A program made the position numbers and the translations under genes. Source: Antedon mediterranea (taxonomy: Eukaryota > Animalia > Echinodermata). From it: a DNA stretch of 64,000 nt. Within the stretch, counting starts at the first letter, position 1. The number at the start of each line of letters is the position of its first letter. Below, in pieces: positions 25,301 to 37,419 of the stretch. The notes below the pieces were generated by a model, which saw nothing but the letters and a program-made list of their open reading frames with translations, ran no database searches and was not told where the DNA came from. Location: positions 4,193,888-4,257,887 of the forward strand of contig NC_092676.1 of the NCBI RefSeq assembly GCF_964355755.1. The letters run 5' to 3'.

Positions 25301-28300
25301 GTGAGGTAATGTGATGGCGTTTCCCCTGTCTTTTGCTCAATCGAAAAGAATTGGTGGAACAATTCTTCACCTGTAAGCGTTGAGCCATACACTACCTCCA
25401 TAGCTTGGAGATAATCTTTTGCTGAAGCTGATGGGTTTTCTCGCCGGAGGTCATCAATAACATCCAACGCTGGAGAACGGAGTGCTTCACGTAGTCGCCT
25501 TTTCTTTTAAGCTTGTGAAACCTCTGTCTCCGATTCTTCAATAAGGGCCTTTGCCTGTGTCCTCCATACATGATATGGGTCTTCGTCTTTCCCTTTGTCA
25601 GTTCGGCCAGAGAATACTCTAAGTTTTCGGTAGTTTACTGACAGTCTAGCCACATTTAGCAATTCACTGTGATGAGTTGAATGACTTGGTTCGGGTGACG
25701 TGGAGGGAAGTAATGATGAAAACTCTTCTACCCGTTTGACTATAATCGTAAAATTAATCGTGTCATCTTCTTCAGAGATTTCAAATTCTTCTGGAATGTT
25801 CATATCTGCTGTTTTCAATGACAGTCTAGCTAATATGAAAGTTTTCTTGAAGTCATGTTTGTCGATTTCATCTCTTCGTTTTATCTCTTCGACTGGCAGA
25901 GCACCACACAACTTTCTATATAGCCTGTGAGTAGCCACTGTTGTTCTAGGCGCAGACAGTAAAATTGGGTAACCTACAAGATTAGCCCATTCTAAGGCAT
26001 ACTCTATTAATTTCGACATCTTGGCTCTTTTTAACTACTTAGAAATAAATAAAACCTACTTATCAGAATACTGTAATTACAAGACGTAAATAATGGTGAT
26101 TAACCACACACACAATAGTAATAAAATATATATTACGTTTCCCGGACGAGCCCCCAATTTGTAACCCGAGTTTCTAGCAAGAAACTAAAATTTCCAAGAA
26201 GTATTAAATAATCAAATCAAGGAAAACGCCTTATAAATTAAAATGTAGATTTATTCCTTTGACATCAACTTGTCAGAATTTACATAACCAATATTATTTA
26301 TTCACAAGATAAAACATTAAAGTGTCCACAAAACTAAAAGTTTATATTAAAATTGAGTCTTCAGTTGAAACAATTCCGACTTGAAAGGTTCCACAGTAGA
26401 GTAAATGTTATCAACGAAATGTTCCGACCAATGGTGTAATAATTGCAATAATGATTCGTAAATTTCAAAAGTAGTGTTTTCTCATCTAAGAAAAGAGAAA
26501 ATATATACATATACTATATAACTATAAAACAATTTAAATCAAATATCATTTGGTACATAATTAAAATACCACAATGTTTGCAAAATAACCTAGGCTATGA
26601 TAGACAATTAAACAAAATAAAACATAATCCGTCAATACCGCCAGGTTCGATTAACACTGATTGGTATATGATTATTCACACTACTCATTAAAACATTAGT
26701 TACATTATATAGTTAGAGGTACTTCGTTTGGTAAGTATGCTAATACTTGATACCAATATAACTACATTGCAACTCAATGGATAATAGCAATAGCTATTCA
26801 AACGTGTGTCTATCAACATATTAACCTGACTATTATAAACTCAGGATGGTTAATGCAGCGCATCCATTCAATAAACTAAATTATAAACTAAAAGGTAATT
26901 AAAGGTATAAAAATAAATGTCGCATAAAGCGGAAATCAAAAATAAGTGTATAATACAATAGTCTCAATTCTACAATCACACTCCAATTGTCTCTAGGTCA
27001 ATCAATACCAAGAGTGTACTGCCATCTAGTAAATGACCCACATTTACCAGAATCGTCCTGATACACTCATACAATTAAAAGTATTAGCAAAAGCAAGTTA
27101 ATCACTTCAAGACCCTTTAACTTAAAACGGGAGAGAACAATGTGTGATTGCAGAACCTTACTTTACAGTAACATAAATTACCAAGCGCAATTGCAAATGG
27201 TATCACAAAAGTTATAAAATATAATCAAAAAGTTAAGTATCACATAACTAATCTAAAGCATTGAGCCAATGCAAACATAATGCATAAACCTAATCTTCAT
27301 AAGCTTAAATCTCAAATTAAGTTATATTAACAAATTTGTTAAACATAAAATAATACAATTGATAGTTCTTACCTAAGAAAAGAGCCAAAATATGAAAAAG
27401 TGACTTCCTTTAAAGTTGTTAAAAATGTATAGATGTTTCTTGTGAGCAGGCACAAGTGGAAGTGAGGTATAATCATCAGAAATGAAGATAATCACCTTAG
27501 TTGCCTAGCAACTTGGCAAAACACATTCCTTACTTCCCAAACATTTGTCACTATGACCCACTTGGGGTAACCTTTGTTGCAATTAAGCTGCATTCTTTTC
27601 TACTGACCTATAAACTATATTTATATACAGTACATTGTAAAAACAGATACATTCAAATGAAAAAAATCAAACAGAAAGATATAAGAAAGATATAAATGGT
27701 AAAAATATATTCATAAAAATCATAGGGTTACACATATAATGGTAGTTCATCCAGTGATCAAATTACAAGTTACTAGATGGTACGCGTACCATCTAGTTCG
27801 TGCCGCGCCCACAGAGATGGTTCTCGAATACATAGTAATTTCAGCGTAAAAAGACTGGCGATTTCAAATGTACGTACGGCAGGACTATAATACATTGTCG
27901 TTTACAGAAACAAATAAATAGACACAATGATTTATGTAGTCAACCAAAATTAGCACCTAGAAACTTGTCACAAAATGAGTCGAAATTGGTTATTTGGACT
28001 CATTTAAACAAACCCAATTTTGTTAAATTATTCTTTATATTTCTTTATTATCCAATCAGTAACGAAATATTTTTTTTATATAAGCCTATAAATAATATAC
28101 CACTAAATAGAGTAAAACATTTCCGATTTAATACTTTATTAAAACTGTCACTGCCTCATGGTCGATTGAAATAGTAAAGTACATTTAAAGACCATTTTTG
28201 TAATTATTAATTAATACAAACGTTGAGAAACAACTGACAGTAATACAGTATATATTATTATGTGTTTATAGTCTAAAAGTAGGGGCTACCCACACTCACA

Positions 28301-29896
28301 GTGATGACGTTTATTAGTATATTTGTTTATATTATATCTAACAGTACCAACACACGTGTTGTTTTGATTCAAATGGCGATCAAAAGTGGTTAATACCTAT
28401 TTGCAGTATTGTATAGCATTACAATCCATTTCTGTTTATTCTCCAAGGGTCTATAAATTTACAGTACCTACTTGTGTTAAACCATGGAGGTATGCAATAA
28501 TTTGGAATGTTCCATTCATTGCAAATCAATACATTTCTATAAACGTATATTAAATCTATCAAAATAGTATTTTTTAAAGAAAATCGGCCTGTCTTCAACA
28601 TTATGATGCTGTACTCGAGCTGTTCAATCGCTTTTCAGCCATTAAAAACAGTTATCGTAGGAGGAGATAGGAAAATGCGAAGCATCCTCGTATTATTGTA
28701 TGCGGGTATTTTTCACGATGGACATGTATTAGACAGTGTATACCACGATTGGAAAACACCCCTATTTGGGGCAAATTTAATTATCTAACTAAATTTAATT
28801 AGTAAACAGGGTTACATCAGGTGGTTAAAATCAGTACTGAGATTCTAACCAACTTTATATACCATCGAGTAAACATTCTAGAAATAACGCGCGATTTAGC
28901 GAATTTTGCCCTTACGTAAATTTATATATAGATGAGCACTGAGTCTTAGTGGTCAAATTATTGTCCATGGGTTAGTTCCAGTGGTCAAATCAATGTGCAA
29001 GTAAATTGAACAAGTAAATCTCAGTAGAATATTGATTTTTATGGTAAATTCCTTCATGAAAAAAATATTAGAAAACTCTCCAGCTTAAAGATGTATTGTC
29101 CATTTGACTAATTCCAAAAATTTGTCGAAAAAAAAAATCATTTAACTGAAATACAGACATTTTTTGTTAAAAAAATAACTTTAACTTGTTGCTTTTGGCT
29201 TGAATTTTCGACTTAAAAGTGAATAACTTTAATATTACTTTGATATGGCTAATTTAAATTTAGAATATTTTGACCTTTATTTTTTTGTGTTTCAAGGGAC
29301 AATACATCTTTAAATTGTGTACATGTAATAATGTTTAATCTGTAAATAAGCATACATTCTAAGTTTGGGATTTCTGCTGGCTTGAAATTTCCTAAATATG
29401 ACCCCAATCTCCAACCCCCTGGGTCAAAACGCCCAGAGCCAAAATGGTCCTGGGATGAAATGTTTCTAATTCATTAACATACTACTATACTCCACAAAAA
29501 GTTGATTTTTAAGTTGTTGTGGCCAAGGATCGGTGATTCATTCTAGGCATCAAGTAATTTGAAAAAAAATATTGAGATTATGGTTTTAAAAAGTGCAAGA
29601 TTTTAGTTCAGTGGCATGAGAGAGCTTGCAGTTGGGTAAAATTGAAAGCCTCACTAATCCATACTGGACATGTATGGGTAATTTGTGCTTTATTCTAGTA
29701 ATGTTACAATAGTGTACCCTATTACCTACACCTACACTACTCCTTATTTTGTATATGTAGTGTGCAGTATACCTTCAATAGTGTTTTCTACTTGATCTTC
29801 TGAATTTTCAAACACTGCCAATTCCACAATCATCTTCATTATCGCAGCGCAATCCTCCGGTCTTGCATCTCGTATACAGAAGTTGTCATCTTCCAT
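13132..29896 (-). CDS. SAT2: SAT1/SAT2-family (diamine/thialysine) N-acetyltransferase, GNAT fold, 171 aa. Exons: 29896-29773, 18412-18233, 17927-17887, 13302-13132
   Basis: Exons of 124+180+41+171 nt join in frame at GT/AG sites: MEDDNFCIRDARPEDC..ELAVFE..; YTYSTWKGKVVYMEDLYI; acetyl-CoA motif RERGYG; GCQRMQWAVLGWNKPAI. SAT1 versus SAT2 orthology is not resolved. Confidence 0.9.
13625..13865. repeat. Degenerate tandem repeat, about 75-80 bp x3
   Basis: Recurring CTACAAGTGTAGAGCGCGTAATGACACTGGTGG. Confidence 0.55.
14160..15168. repeat. Diverged tandem triplication, about 335-bp unit, probably a transposon interior
   Basis: Units start ATCACACCT near 14171, 14503 and 14848; each has two ATGCAAAT motifs and GACCGGAA..TCGACCCCATTT. 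Confidence 0.75.
15371..16435. mobile_element. hAT-like (hAT5-type) non-autonomous element with 5-bp TSD
   Basis: 16-bp TIR CAGG(C/G)CCGTAGCCAGG; TSD GATAG, confirmed by the empty site near 16717 in the adjacent duplicated copy. Confidence 0.8.
17887..17927 (-). CDS. SAT2: SAT-like exon 3 (ERGYGRILMRRVAE)
   Basis: 41 nt, phase 1-0, tag/gtaatt boundaries; completes the R-x-x-G-x-G motif. Confidence 0.88.
18233..18412 (-). CDS. SAT2: SAT-like exon 2
   Basis: 180 nt, phase 1-1: LQKDIFEPGSIVSCIVAE..VIGYSVFFYTYSTWKGKVVYMEDLYIMKEFR. Confidence 0.9.
18621..20193 (-). repeat. 3' LTR of the Gypsy element
   Basis: TGTAACCC..GGGTTACA; direct repeat of 26160-27732; PPT AAGAGGGGAGGT adjacent at 20194-20205. 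Confidence 0.95.
20181..24662 (-). pseudogene. pol: Gypsy pol (protease, RT, RNase H, integrase, long acidic tail) with an in-frame TGA at 21093-21095
   Basis: LLDSGS, YMDD, DACRDGLG, HHCC zinc finger and D,D,E motifs. PGD*VLVRNL continues in frame into ORF 20181-20948. Confidence 0.9.
24643..26019 (-). pseudogene. gag: PNMA-like gag with CCHC zinc knuckle, in-frame TAA at 25507-25509
   Basis: YRKLRVFSG..W..QA..SQA*KKRRLREALRSPA; QKTGETPSHYLTRL; CYNCGENGHIKRNC. Confidence 0.88.
26140..26156 (-). promoter_or_regulatory. Primer-binding site, tRNA-Pro
   Basis: TGGGGGCTCGTCCGGGA, 3 nt inside the 5' LTR; same sequence as the known MLV tRNA-Pro PBS. Confidence 0.85.
26160..27732 (-). repeat. 5' LTR of the Gypsy element
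   Basis: Same length as the 3' LTR; no differences found in the parts compared by eye. Confidence 0.95.
29089..29309. mobile_element. Kolobok-like MITE
   Basis: TTAA|AGATGTATTGTCC..GGACAATACATCT|TTAA; related ends occur near 8850, 52595-52895 and 58620. Confidence 0.7.
29773..29896 (-). CDS. SAT2: SAT-like first coding exon
   Basis: aaaATGG context; MEDDNFCIRDARPEDCAAIMKMIVELAVFENSEDQVENTIE, then a GT donor at phase 1. Confidence 0.88.
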
Positions 29897-31160
29897 TTTC
29901 CTGCTACTGTACTACTGTACTTCTTTTTTATATATAGGATATCAGAATGTTTGTAAATGTTAACAATGCATGACAGCATTAGACATTGAATTTCATTATG
30001 TTATTTCCATAAACTCTTTAATACCTTACTTTATACTGTACAGCATCGCTCTATGCTCTTACAGGAAGATAAACTGAAACAATATTTATTTCGCTTACCT
30101 GCTAACTAACGAACTCCTGATTTTACAGAATAATGCAAAATATTTAATAACTAGATGAATGATGGGTTTATTTTGATGGATCTTTTATCTTTATAAAAGA
30201 AAACTAATAAAAATCTGGCCTACAGTAGCTGCTTTAAACCAACCAGAAATAGGTAAAAATCAGGAGGCGATAGAGAAATACTTAACATTAACCTTTTTAC
30301 TAATATTAGCAGTCCTGTCCAAATAATGGTGCATATTGATAACGTTTAGTCCATACACAAATTCATCATTAGTGTGCCGCTGATGAAATATTTATTTTCC
30401 TCATTTATGACAATGCGGTATGGAAGAACATAGGATAACTACCAAAACCGCAAATGGAAGTCATCTAATATTATATGACGTTTGTCATGAAAATCATGAA
30501 TCATGAAGTACTGCAGGTACTGTATTTTGGGATATATTTTTTTCTTTTTTGCTTCTGCTGCAGAATCCAATTTAAAAACATTCACCTGCTCGGCGGTAAT
30601 GCTGAGTGACTGTGAAGTCTAATACTTACAGCAGCGATTTCAAGTTACGAGAGGTGACCGCTTACGGGAGGTTCTGACGATATTGGGCCAAAATCACGTA
30701 TTATGGCTATGCACAATATTTTTCGCCATTCTTAACGCAACAGGCCTCTTCCCAATATTCTCCAGGTAATTGTATTTTATTGTTTATGATCAGGTGGTTT
30801 ATTATTATTTATGATTTTCAGACAAATTGGTCAGTCAAAAGCTGTGTAGTTTTCTCATCGCATCTAAAAAACACAGGAATGTTCTTCACAGAAATATATT
30901 TAAAACCGCTTCGAAATAAAGCTACTGTAATTTAATAATTAATATATAAAGCACAAATGTATCAAAATTAATACAAATTTTTCTGATGGCCCACTTTATG
31001 GGAGGTAATTTACCATACAAAAATCTAATTTGTAGTAAAAAAAAAAAAAGTGGCCGACGCCGTGGCTGCTTACTGGGGGTATAGGCCTAGCCGCTTAATT
31101 ACAGGAGGTATCAAATGCACTAATTATAATTAGATACGAAGAATAAACAAGCTTTTGAAA

Positions 31161-32198
31161 GGGTGTCACGAAACCTAAGACCACGAAAGCTAAGAACCCC
31201 TAAGACCTAAGATCAAGAAAACTAAGACTCAAGACCTAAGATTACAAATATTTATCTTTCGCACCTGCCTTGTATTTTAACTCCAACATTTATTCTGAAT
31301 ACCACACTTTAGAATTAGCACTTTTATGAAAAAGAATCACATAATAAGTAACAAACAGACGTTTTTCTCACACACATACTGTTTGCGAATTTCGCATGAC
31401 TAGCCTAGGCCTACCCCATGTTCAATATTTTTGTTTTTATGGAACGTAAAAAGAGCAAAAATTATATAGAGGGCGAAATAGTACTCTGTGGAGTCCATCT
31501 ATTTTAACGCATTTTTTAGTGAAAATCAGTACGAAGGAATAAATACTCCAAAATAAATTTTAATTTAAAAATCATGATAATAAATTTTTTGTTTCGTTTT
31601 CTTTTTGTTTTTATACTTGTACTATTATTGTTGCTCTTTTGGCGCTCCATAGAAACAAAAATATTGAGCAGCATGGGGAGGAGTTACAGTATACAAAGAA
31701 ACACATCTGTAAAATCATAAATTTAAAGGATTTATTTATTTGTTATTATGTGTTTCTCCTTCTGAAAGTACTTATAAGTCCTAATTTTAAAGTGTGGTGT
31801 TCAGGATAAAGTTAGTCAACAAATTTGGAGTCAAAATACAAGAAAGGCAGGTGCGTAAGAAAAACATCCTCTGAACCAACACAATGGAGTAAATATATAC
31901 AAACAAACACCCCGTCAAGTTTGTTTTTTGTAAAGAAAAAATATGCATTTACTCAACGGGCGAAAATAATGTGAGTTTATTTATGTTTTGCGGTGGTATT
32001 AAATTATATTTATGGTAATAAATGAAACCTTCTGTGTTTAAAATCATGGAGGTTTTAAAATTATGTATGGATAAACAAGTATTGTTTTTAAGCTGTAGTA
32101 TATCTTAGAATTTGTAATTTTAGGTCTTGGGTCTTAGCTTTCGTGATCTTAGGTCTTAGGGGGTCTTAGCTTTCGTGGTCTTAGGTTTCGTGACAGCC
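31161..32198. mobile_element. Second copy of the 5449-6535 Mutator/Foldback-like element, with no matching TSD
   Basis: Same TIRs and colinear interior; the flanks GCTTTTGAAA and TTTACTTACT do not match. Confidence 0.85.
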
Positions 32199-32791
32199 TT
32201 TACTTACTCTACTACTTTTATTTCCTTTGTGTACAGGGTTCTTTGGTGGTGGGAAGGTGATGGTGGAAGTATACAGTTTGAATAAACTCTGCCACACTAC
32301 TGCGCGTGTGTCACACGCAAAAGGAGAAGTCTTGATCAGGTGATCAGAACACTTATCGTATCACGTGATATACTCCACAAACAACAATAAATTTCATCCA
32401 CGATCTGTTTTTTTGGGAATTAAATATAAAAATGCTTTTGATGCTAGACGATGAGCATAAGGACCATCTTAGCTTTCTAACCCAAGTTGAAATAGATGGT
32501 GTGTTAATAGTCTTCAGTTTTCTATTAGTATTAAAAACTGAACTCTCTAGCTAGCCTAATTAAAACTAGACTAGGCCTAGGGCCTAGGCCTAGTCTCTAG
32601 AAGGAAGATTACAAACATAGCAGCCAGCCAGGGTCTCATTGGCTAAACTCTAATAGAAACACAAAATACATGAATCGACCATAATACGCATGACATGATG
32701 ACCATTTGCTTGATGGCAAGGAACGGGAATGCGTTGATACATTTCGGCAGGTATTGTTATCTCCCAGAAATGTTAAGGACAGTGTTTAAAT

Positions 32792-33495
32792 TCTGGTACC
32801 CTCTGGAATTTCCCCTGGGATGACAGTGTGCGTGACCCCGGGCCCTGGTACCTTGGAATTTCCCCTGGGATGACAGTGTGCGTGACACCCTGGTACCTTG
32901 GAATTTCCCCTGGGATGACAGTGTGCGTGACACCCTGGTACCTTGGAATTTACCCTGGGATGACAGTGTGCGTGACACCCTGGTACCTTGGAATTTCCCT
33001 GGGATGACAGTGTGTGTAACACCCTGGTACCTTGAAATTTCCCCTGGGATGACAGTGTGCGTGACACCCTGGTACCTTGGAATTTCCCCTGGGATGACAG
33101 TGTGTGTGTCACCTTAGAATTTCCCCTGGGATGACAGTGTGCGTGACACCCTGATACCTTGGAATTTCCCCTGGGATGACAGTACAGTGCATTACCCCTG
33201 GTACCTTGTAATTTCCCCTGGGATGACAGTGTGTGTGACCCCCTGGTACCTTGGAATTTCCCCTGGGATGACAGTGTGCGCGACACCTTGGTACCTTGGA
33301 ATTTCCCCTGGGATGACAGTGTGCGCGACACCTTGGTACCTTGGAATTTCCTCTGAGATGACAGTGTGCGTGACACCCTGGTACCTTGGAATTTCCCCTG
33401 GGATGACAGTGTGCGTGACACCCTGGTACCTTGGAATTTCCCCTCGAATGACAGTGTGCAAGGCACCCTGGAATTCCCCTGGCATCACCCCTGGC
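32792..33495. repeat. 45-bp GC-rich minisatellite, about 15 copies
   Basis: Unit CCCTGGTACCTTGGAATTTCCCCTGGGATGACAGTGTGCGTGACA. Confidence 0.92.
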
Positions 33496-35089
33496 ATCTT
33501 GTGTTTCTACTATTTTTGTTATACTGTAATATAGAATGCTTTAGGAATCTGTAGAACCAAACGGGTAGTAACAAAGTGCGAGGCAGCGAGGCACGCGAGG
33601 CAGGGAAGGCATGCGAGGCAAGTCAGAAATTTATGCGAGGCATCGTTTTACCATCATCAAAAAATGCGAGGCATCATTTTATCATTTCTCAAAATTGCAA
33701 GGGAGGAAATCACCGAAATTGAAGTAGCCTAGGCGTAGCTAGGACCGCTAGGCTAGTTTCCTTTTGCACCTGCCTTGTATTTTAAACAACTTTATCCTGA
33801 ATACCACAGCTTAGAATTAGTAGGCCTACTTTAATGAAGAAAAATCACATAAAAGTAACAATAAATCCATTAAATTGGTGATTTTACAGACGTTGTTTTT
33901 CTCTCATTTCGCACACTCAATGTTCAATATTTTGGTTTCTATGGAACGCCAAAAGAGCAAAATTAATTAGAGGGCTAAAAACTCTGTGGAATCAATTTAT
34001 ATTTAACGCATTATTTGGTGAAAATCAAGTACAATTTCAATAGATTTTGTCACTGTCAGTAAGGAAAAATGTTACTGTTCACCGGTGTACTGTTGATAAT
34101 GTACACGGTTTCGGTAACCTTTTAAAGAATAAAATAGAAACATTCATCATAATATCCTTAGTAGGATGTCCTAGGTCTAGACTAGGTAGTGATGTTGATT
34201 TAGGATCGATTATTATTCTTTGAAAACAGAACAGTATCAGCAGTAACATATTACAGCATTTTTATTGACAAATTAACAAATATATTGAAATAAAACGTGT
34301 TTTTCACCAATAAATGCATGAGAAATTGACGCATTCCACTGAGTTTTAGTCCTCTATTATCGTTGCTCTTTTGGCGCTCCATAGAAACAAAAATATTGAA
34401 CATTGAATAAGTGAAATTCGCGAACAGTGTGCGAGAAACACGCCTGTAAAATCATTAATTTAAGGATTTATTTGTTACTTTTTATGTGATTCTTTCATTA
34501 AAGTACTCATGAGGTATACTTCTAAGGTGTGGTATTCACACGATAAAGTTAGTTATCAAATTTGGAGTAAAAATACAAGCGAAGGAAACTAGCGCCAGGT
34601 TCAGGTATATTCGGACCATCAAAATGAAGACAGGAACATGTTCATGGACATTGATTATTAACAACTTAGAGAGTTTTAAAGGAAGATGTGATTGGATAGT
34701 TTGAGGGAGAGCGTCATTTCGACGATCGAGCATTCTCTACTCTCTATTTTTAGAGCATGACGGATTAATGAATAAATGATATGATCAGAACTATGGAGCG
34801 CCAATCATTGTTTTGTCTAGTAACCTAAAGAAATTGCCTGTCGTACATGTTTACAACACTAAATGTTTAAAATTTCATTTCTTTAACTCTGACACTACAG
34901 ATTTCAAAATAAGATTTTTTATGTGGAAAGTCCTGCGTTGCAGTAAAAAGCCGATGGGATGGTAATTGTCTTTATCATTCAATATCCCGTATTTTTTTGT
35001 GTAATTAAATTTTTCTAATTAATAAAAGATTTTTTATTTTGTGTATGTACAGTACTTGTATCTGAATATTTGTTACTTGCAGCCAAGTA

Positions 35090-36400
35090 TACCATCATTT
35101 TGAGTATATGGAACACAATGCATTATATATAATGAATAAACCACTGTAATAAGCAATGAGGCCGTTTTCCTATGTTAAAGCATTGTGTTCCTGTGGTATC
35201 ATTTGGGTATATGGAACAAATGCATTATATATAATGAATAAACCACAATACGAGGCCGTTTTCCTATGTTAAAGTATTGTGTTCCTGGGGTATCATTTTG
35301 GGTATATGGAACACAATGCATTATATATTCATTATAATATAATGAATAAACCACTGTAGCAATGAGGCCGTTTTCCTATGTTAAAGTATTGTGTTCCTGG
35401 TGTATCATTTTGGGTATATGGAACACAATGCATTATATAATTATAATGAATAAACCACTTCAATAAGCAATGAGACCGTTTTGCTATGTTATAGCATTGT
35501 GTTCCTGGGGTATCATTTTGGGTATATGGAACACAATGCATTATATATGATGAATAAACCACTGTAATATGAGGCCGTTTTCCTATGTTAAAGCATTGTG
35601 TTCCTGGGGTATCATTTTGGGTATATGGAACACAATGTATTATTTAAACCACTGTAATATGAGGCCGTTTTTCTATGTTAAAGCATTGTGTTCCTGGGGT
35701 ATCATTTTGGGTATATGGAACACAATGCATTATATAATTATAATGAATAAACCACTGTAATAAGCAATGAGGCCGTTTTCCTATGTTATAGCATTGTGTT
35801 CCTGGGGTATCATTTTGGGTATATGGAACACAATGCATTATATATAATGAATAAACCACTGTAATATGAGGCCGTTTTCCTATGTTAAAGCATTGTGTTC
35901 CTGGGGTATCATTTTGGGTATATGGAACACAATGCATTATAGATAATGAATAAACCACTGTAATATGAGGCCGTTTTCCTATGTTAAAGCATTGTGTTCC
36001 TGGGGTATCATTTTGGGTATATGGAACACAATGCATTATATATGATGAATAAACCACTGTAATATGAGGCCGTTTTCCTATGTTAAAGCATTGTGTTCCA
36101 GGGGTATCATTTTGGGTATATGGAACACAATGCATTATATATAATGAATAAACCACTGTAATAAGCAATTAGGCCGTTTTCCCATGTTAAAGCATTGTGT
36201 TCCTGTGGTATCATTTTGGGTATATGGAACACAATGCATTATAGGCTAATGAATAAACCACTGTAATATGAGGCCGTTTTCCTATGTTAAAGCATTGTGT
36301 TCCTGGGGTATCGTTTTGGTTATATGGAACACAATGCATTATATAATAAATAAACCACTGTAATATGAGGCCGTTTTCCTATGTTAAAGCATTTTGTTCC
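35090..36400 (-). repeat. 99-bp (99-103) satellite array, about 13 copies
   Basis: Unit ..GGGTATCATTTTGGGTATATGGAACACAATGCATT..GAGGCCGTTTTCCTATGTT.. Confidence 0.92.
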
Positions 36401-37419
36401 ATATAAATGTTCAATATAGGTTGCTCCATCCATATTGCAAAAAAAAAATAACTATCGAGCCATATCACTGATTTTTTAAATTTACGTTTTTACAAAATGT
36501 ACACTTATGAAAGACCATACAATTCCAACGCATTTTTTAAACCTAATAAAGATTTTGAAAAAAACAACCAACAAAAAACGTTCATGAATGAAATTTTGTT
36601 TCTGTAAATAGAGCAACCTATATTGAACATATAAAAGAAGTTTCAAATGTTTTTAAATTCGAAAAGTATTTTTTATCGATGTTTTTTGTATATGTTTTTA
36701 AGCAAAATTCTATCCATAACCTAATTTTTAATGTTCAATGTGATATTTATTGAAGTGCTTTGAATACGCTGATGAAATTTGGAGATATGAAACTTTGTTA
36801 GGAGTAGAATCAGCTTCCAGCATTGAATGTTAAAAATATGTTTATATTAATCATTAATTAATAATAATTATTAATAAATTAATAGAAAACTAGAGAGGGC
36901 GCTTTTCGACAAGGAAATGAATGTTTTTTTATGTGTGTTATTTTTCCGCTCGAGTTTATTCAATGTACTGTTATATACACTGTTACATACTATTTTATTG
37001 GGAAGTAATTATTTTTGTGTGAATCTTCTTGGAGTTGTTTGAAAGCCTATCCGCTTACTTCTATTCTTCAGAAAACATCTAATTTAGGTCTTAAAGTGAC
37101 AAAAATACACCAGATTCTGCCCACACACACTTCATCTCCTGAACTAACATAGTACAGTATAAGTCAAATTAATTGTTTTACATGTTTTTTATTGAAATCA
37201 ATCTGCCTCAAAAAATATTATAATAGTAACAATAACAGAAAGGTCGATAGGTATTTTTATAATTTTTAAATTTAAAAATGTAAAAAAAAAAAAAATGAAT
37301 AAATGTTTATACATACATTATAAATGAAATAAAATAACTACTATTTTAGTAATGCATACACAAGTACAGAATATCAGAAATCAATGAATTATGTTTCTAA
37401 ATATGGCATTATTAGGCTA

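Larger units (their letters stand above)
18621..27732 (-). mobile_element. Full-length Ty3/Gypsy LTR retrotransposon with PNMA/Ma-like gag, in SAT intron 1
   Basis: Two 1573-bp TG..CA LTRs, 4-bp TSD CATA, PBS, PPT, and gag plus PR-RT-RH-IN. Confidence 0.97.

Noticed and set aside
28419-28788. Short ORFs in SAT intron 1 as possible extra exons
   Set aside because: The SAT CDS is complete without them, and they show no recognisable motif or consistent splice sites
32757-33554. Several repetitive ORFs; CRISPR-like appearance
   Set aside because: Head-to-tail 45-bp minisatellite with no unique spacers; open in many frames by chance; eukaryotic context
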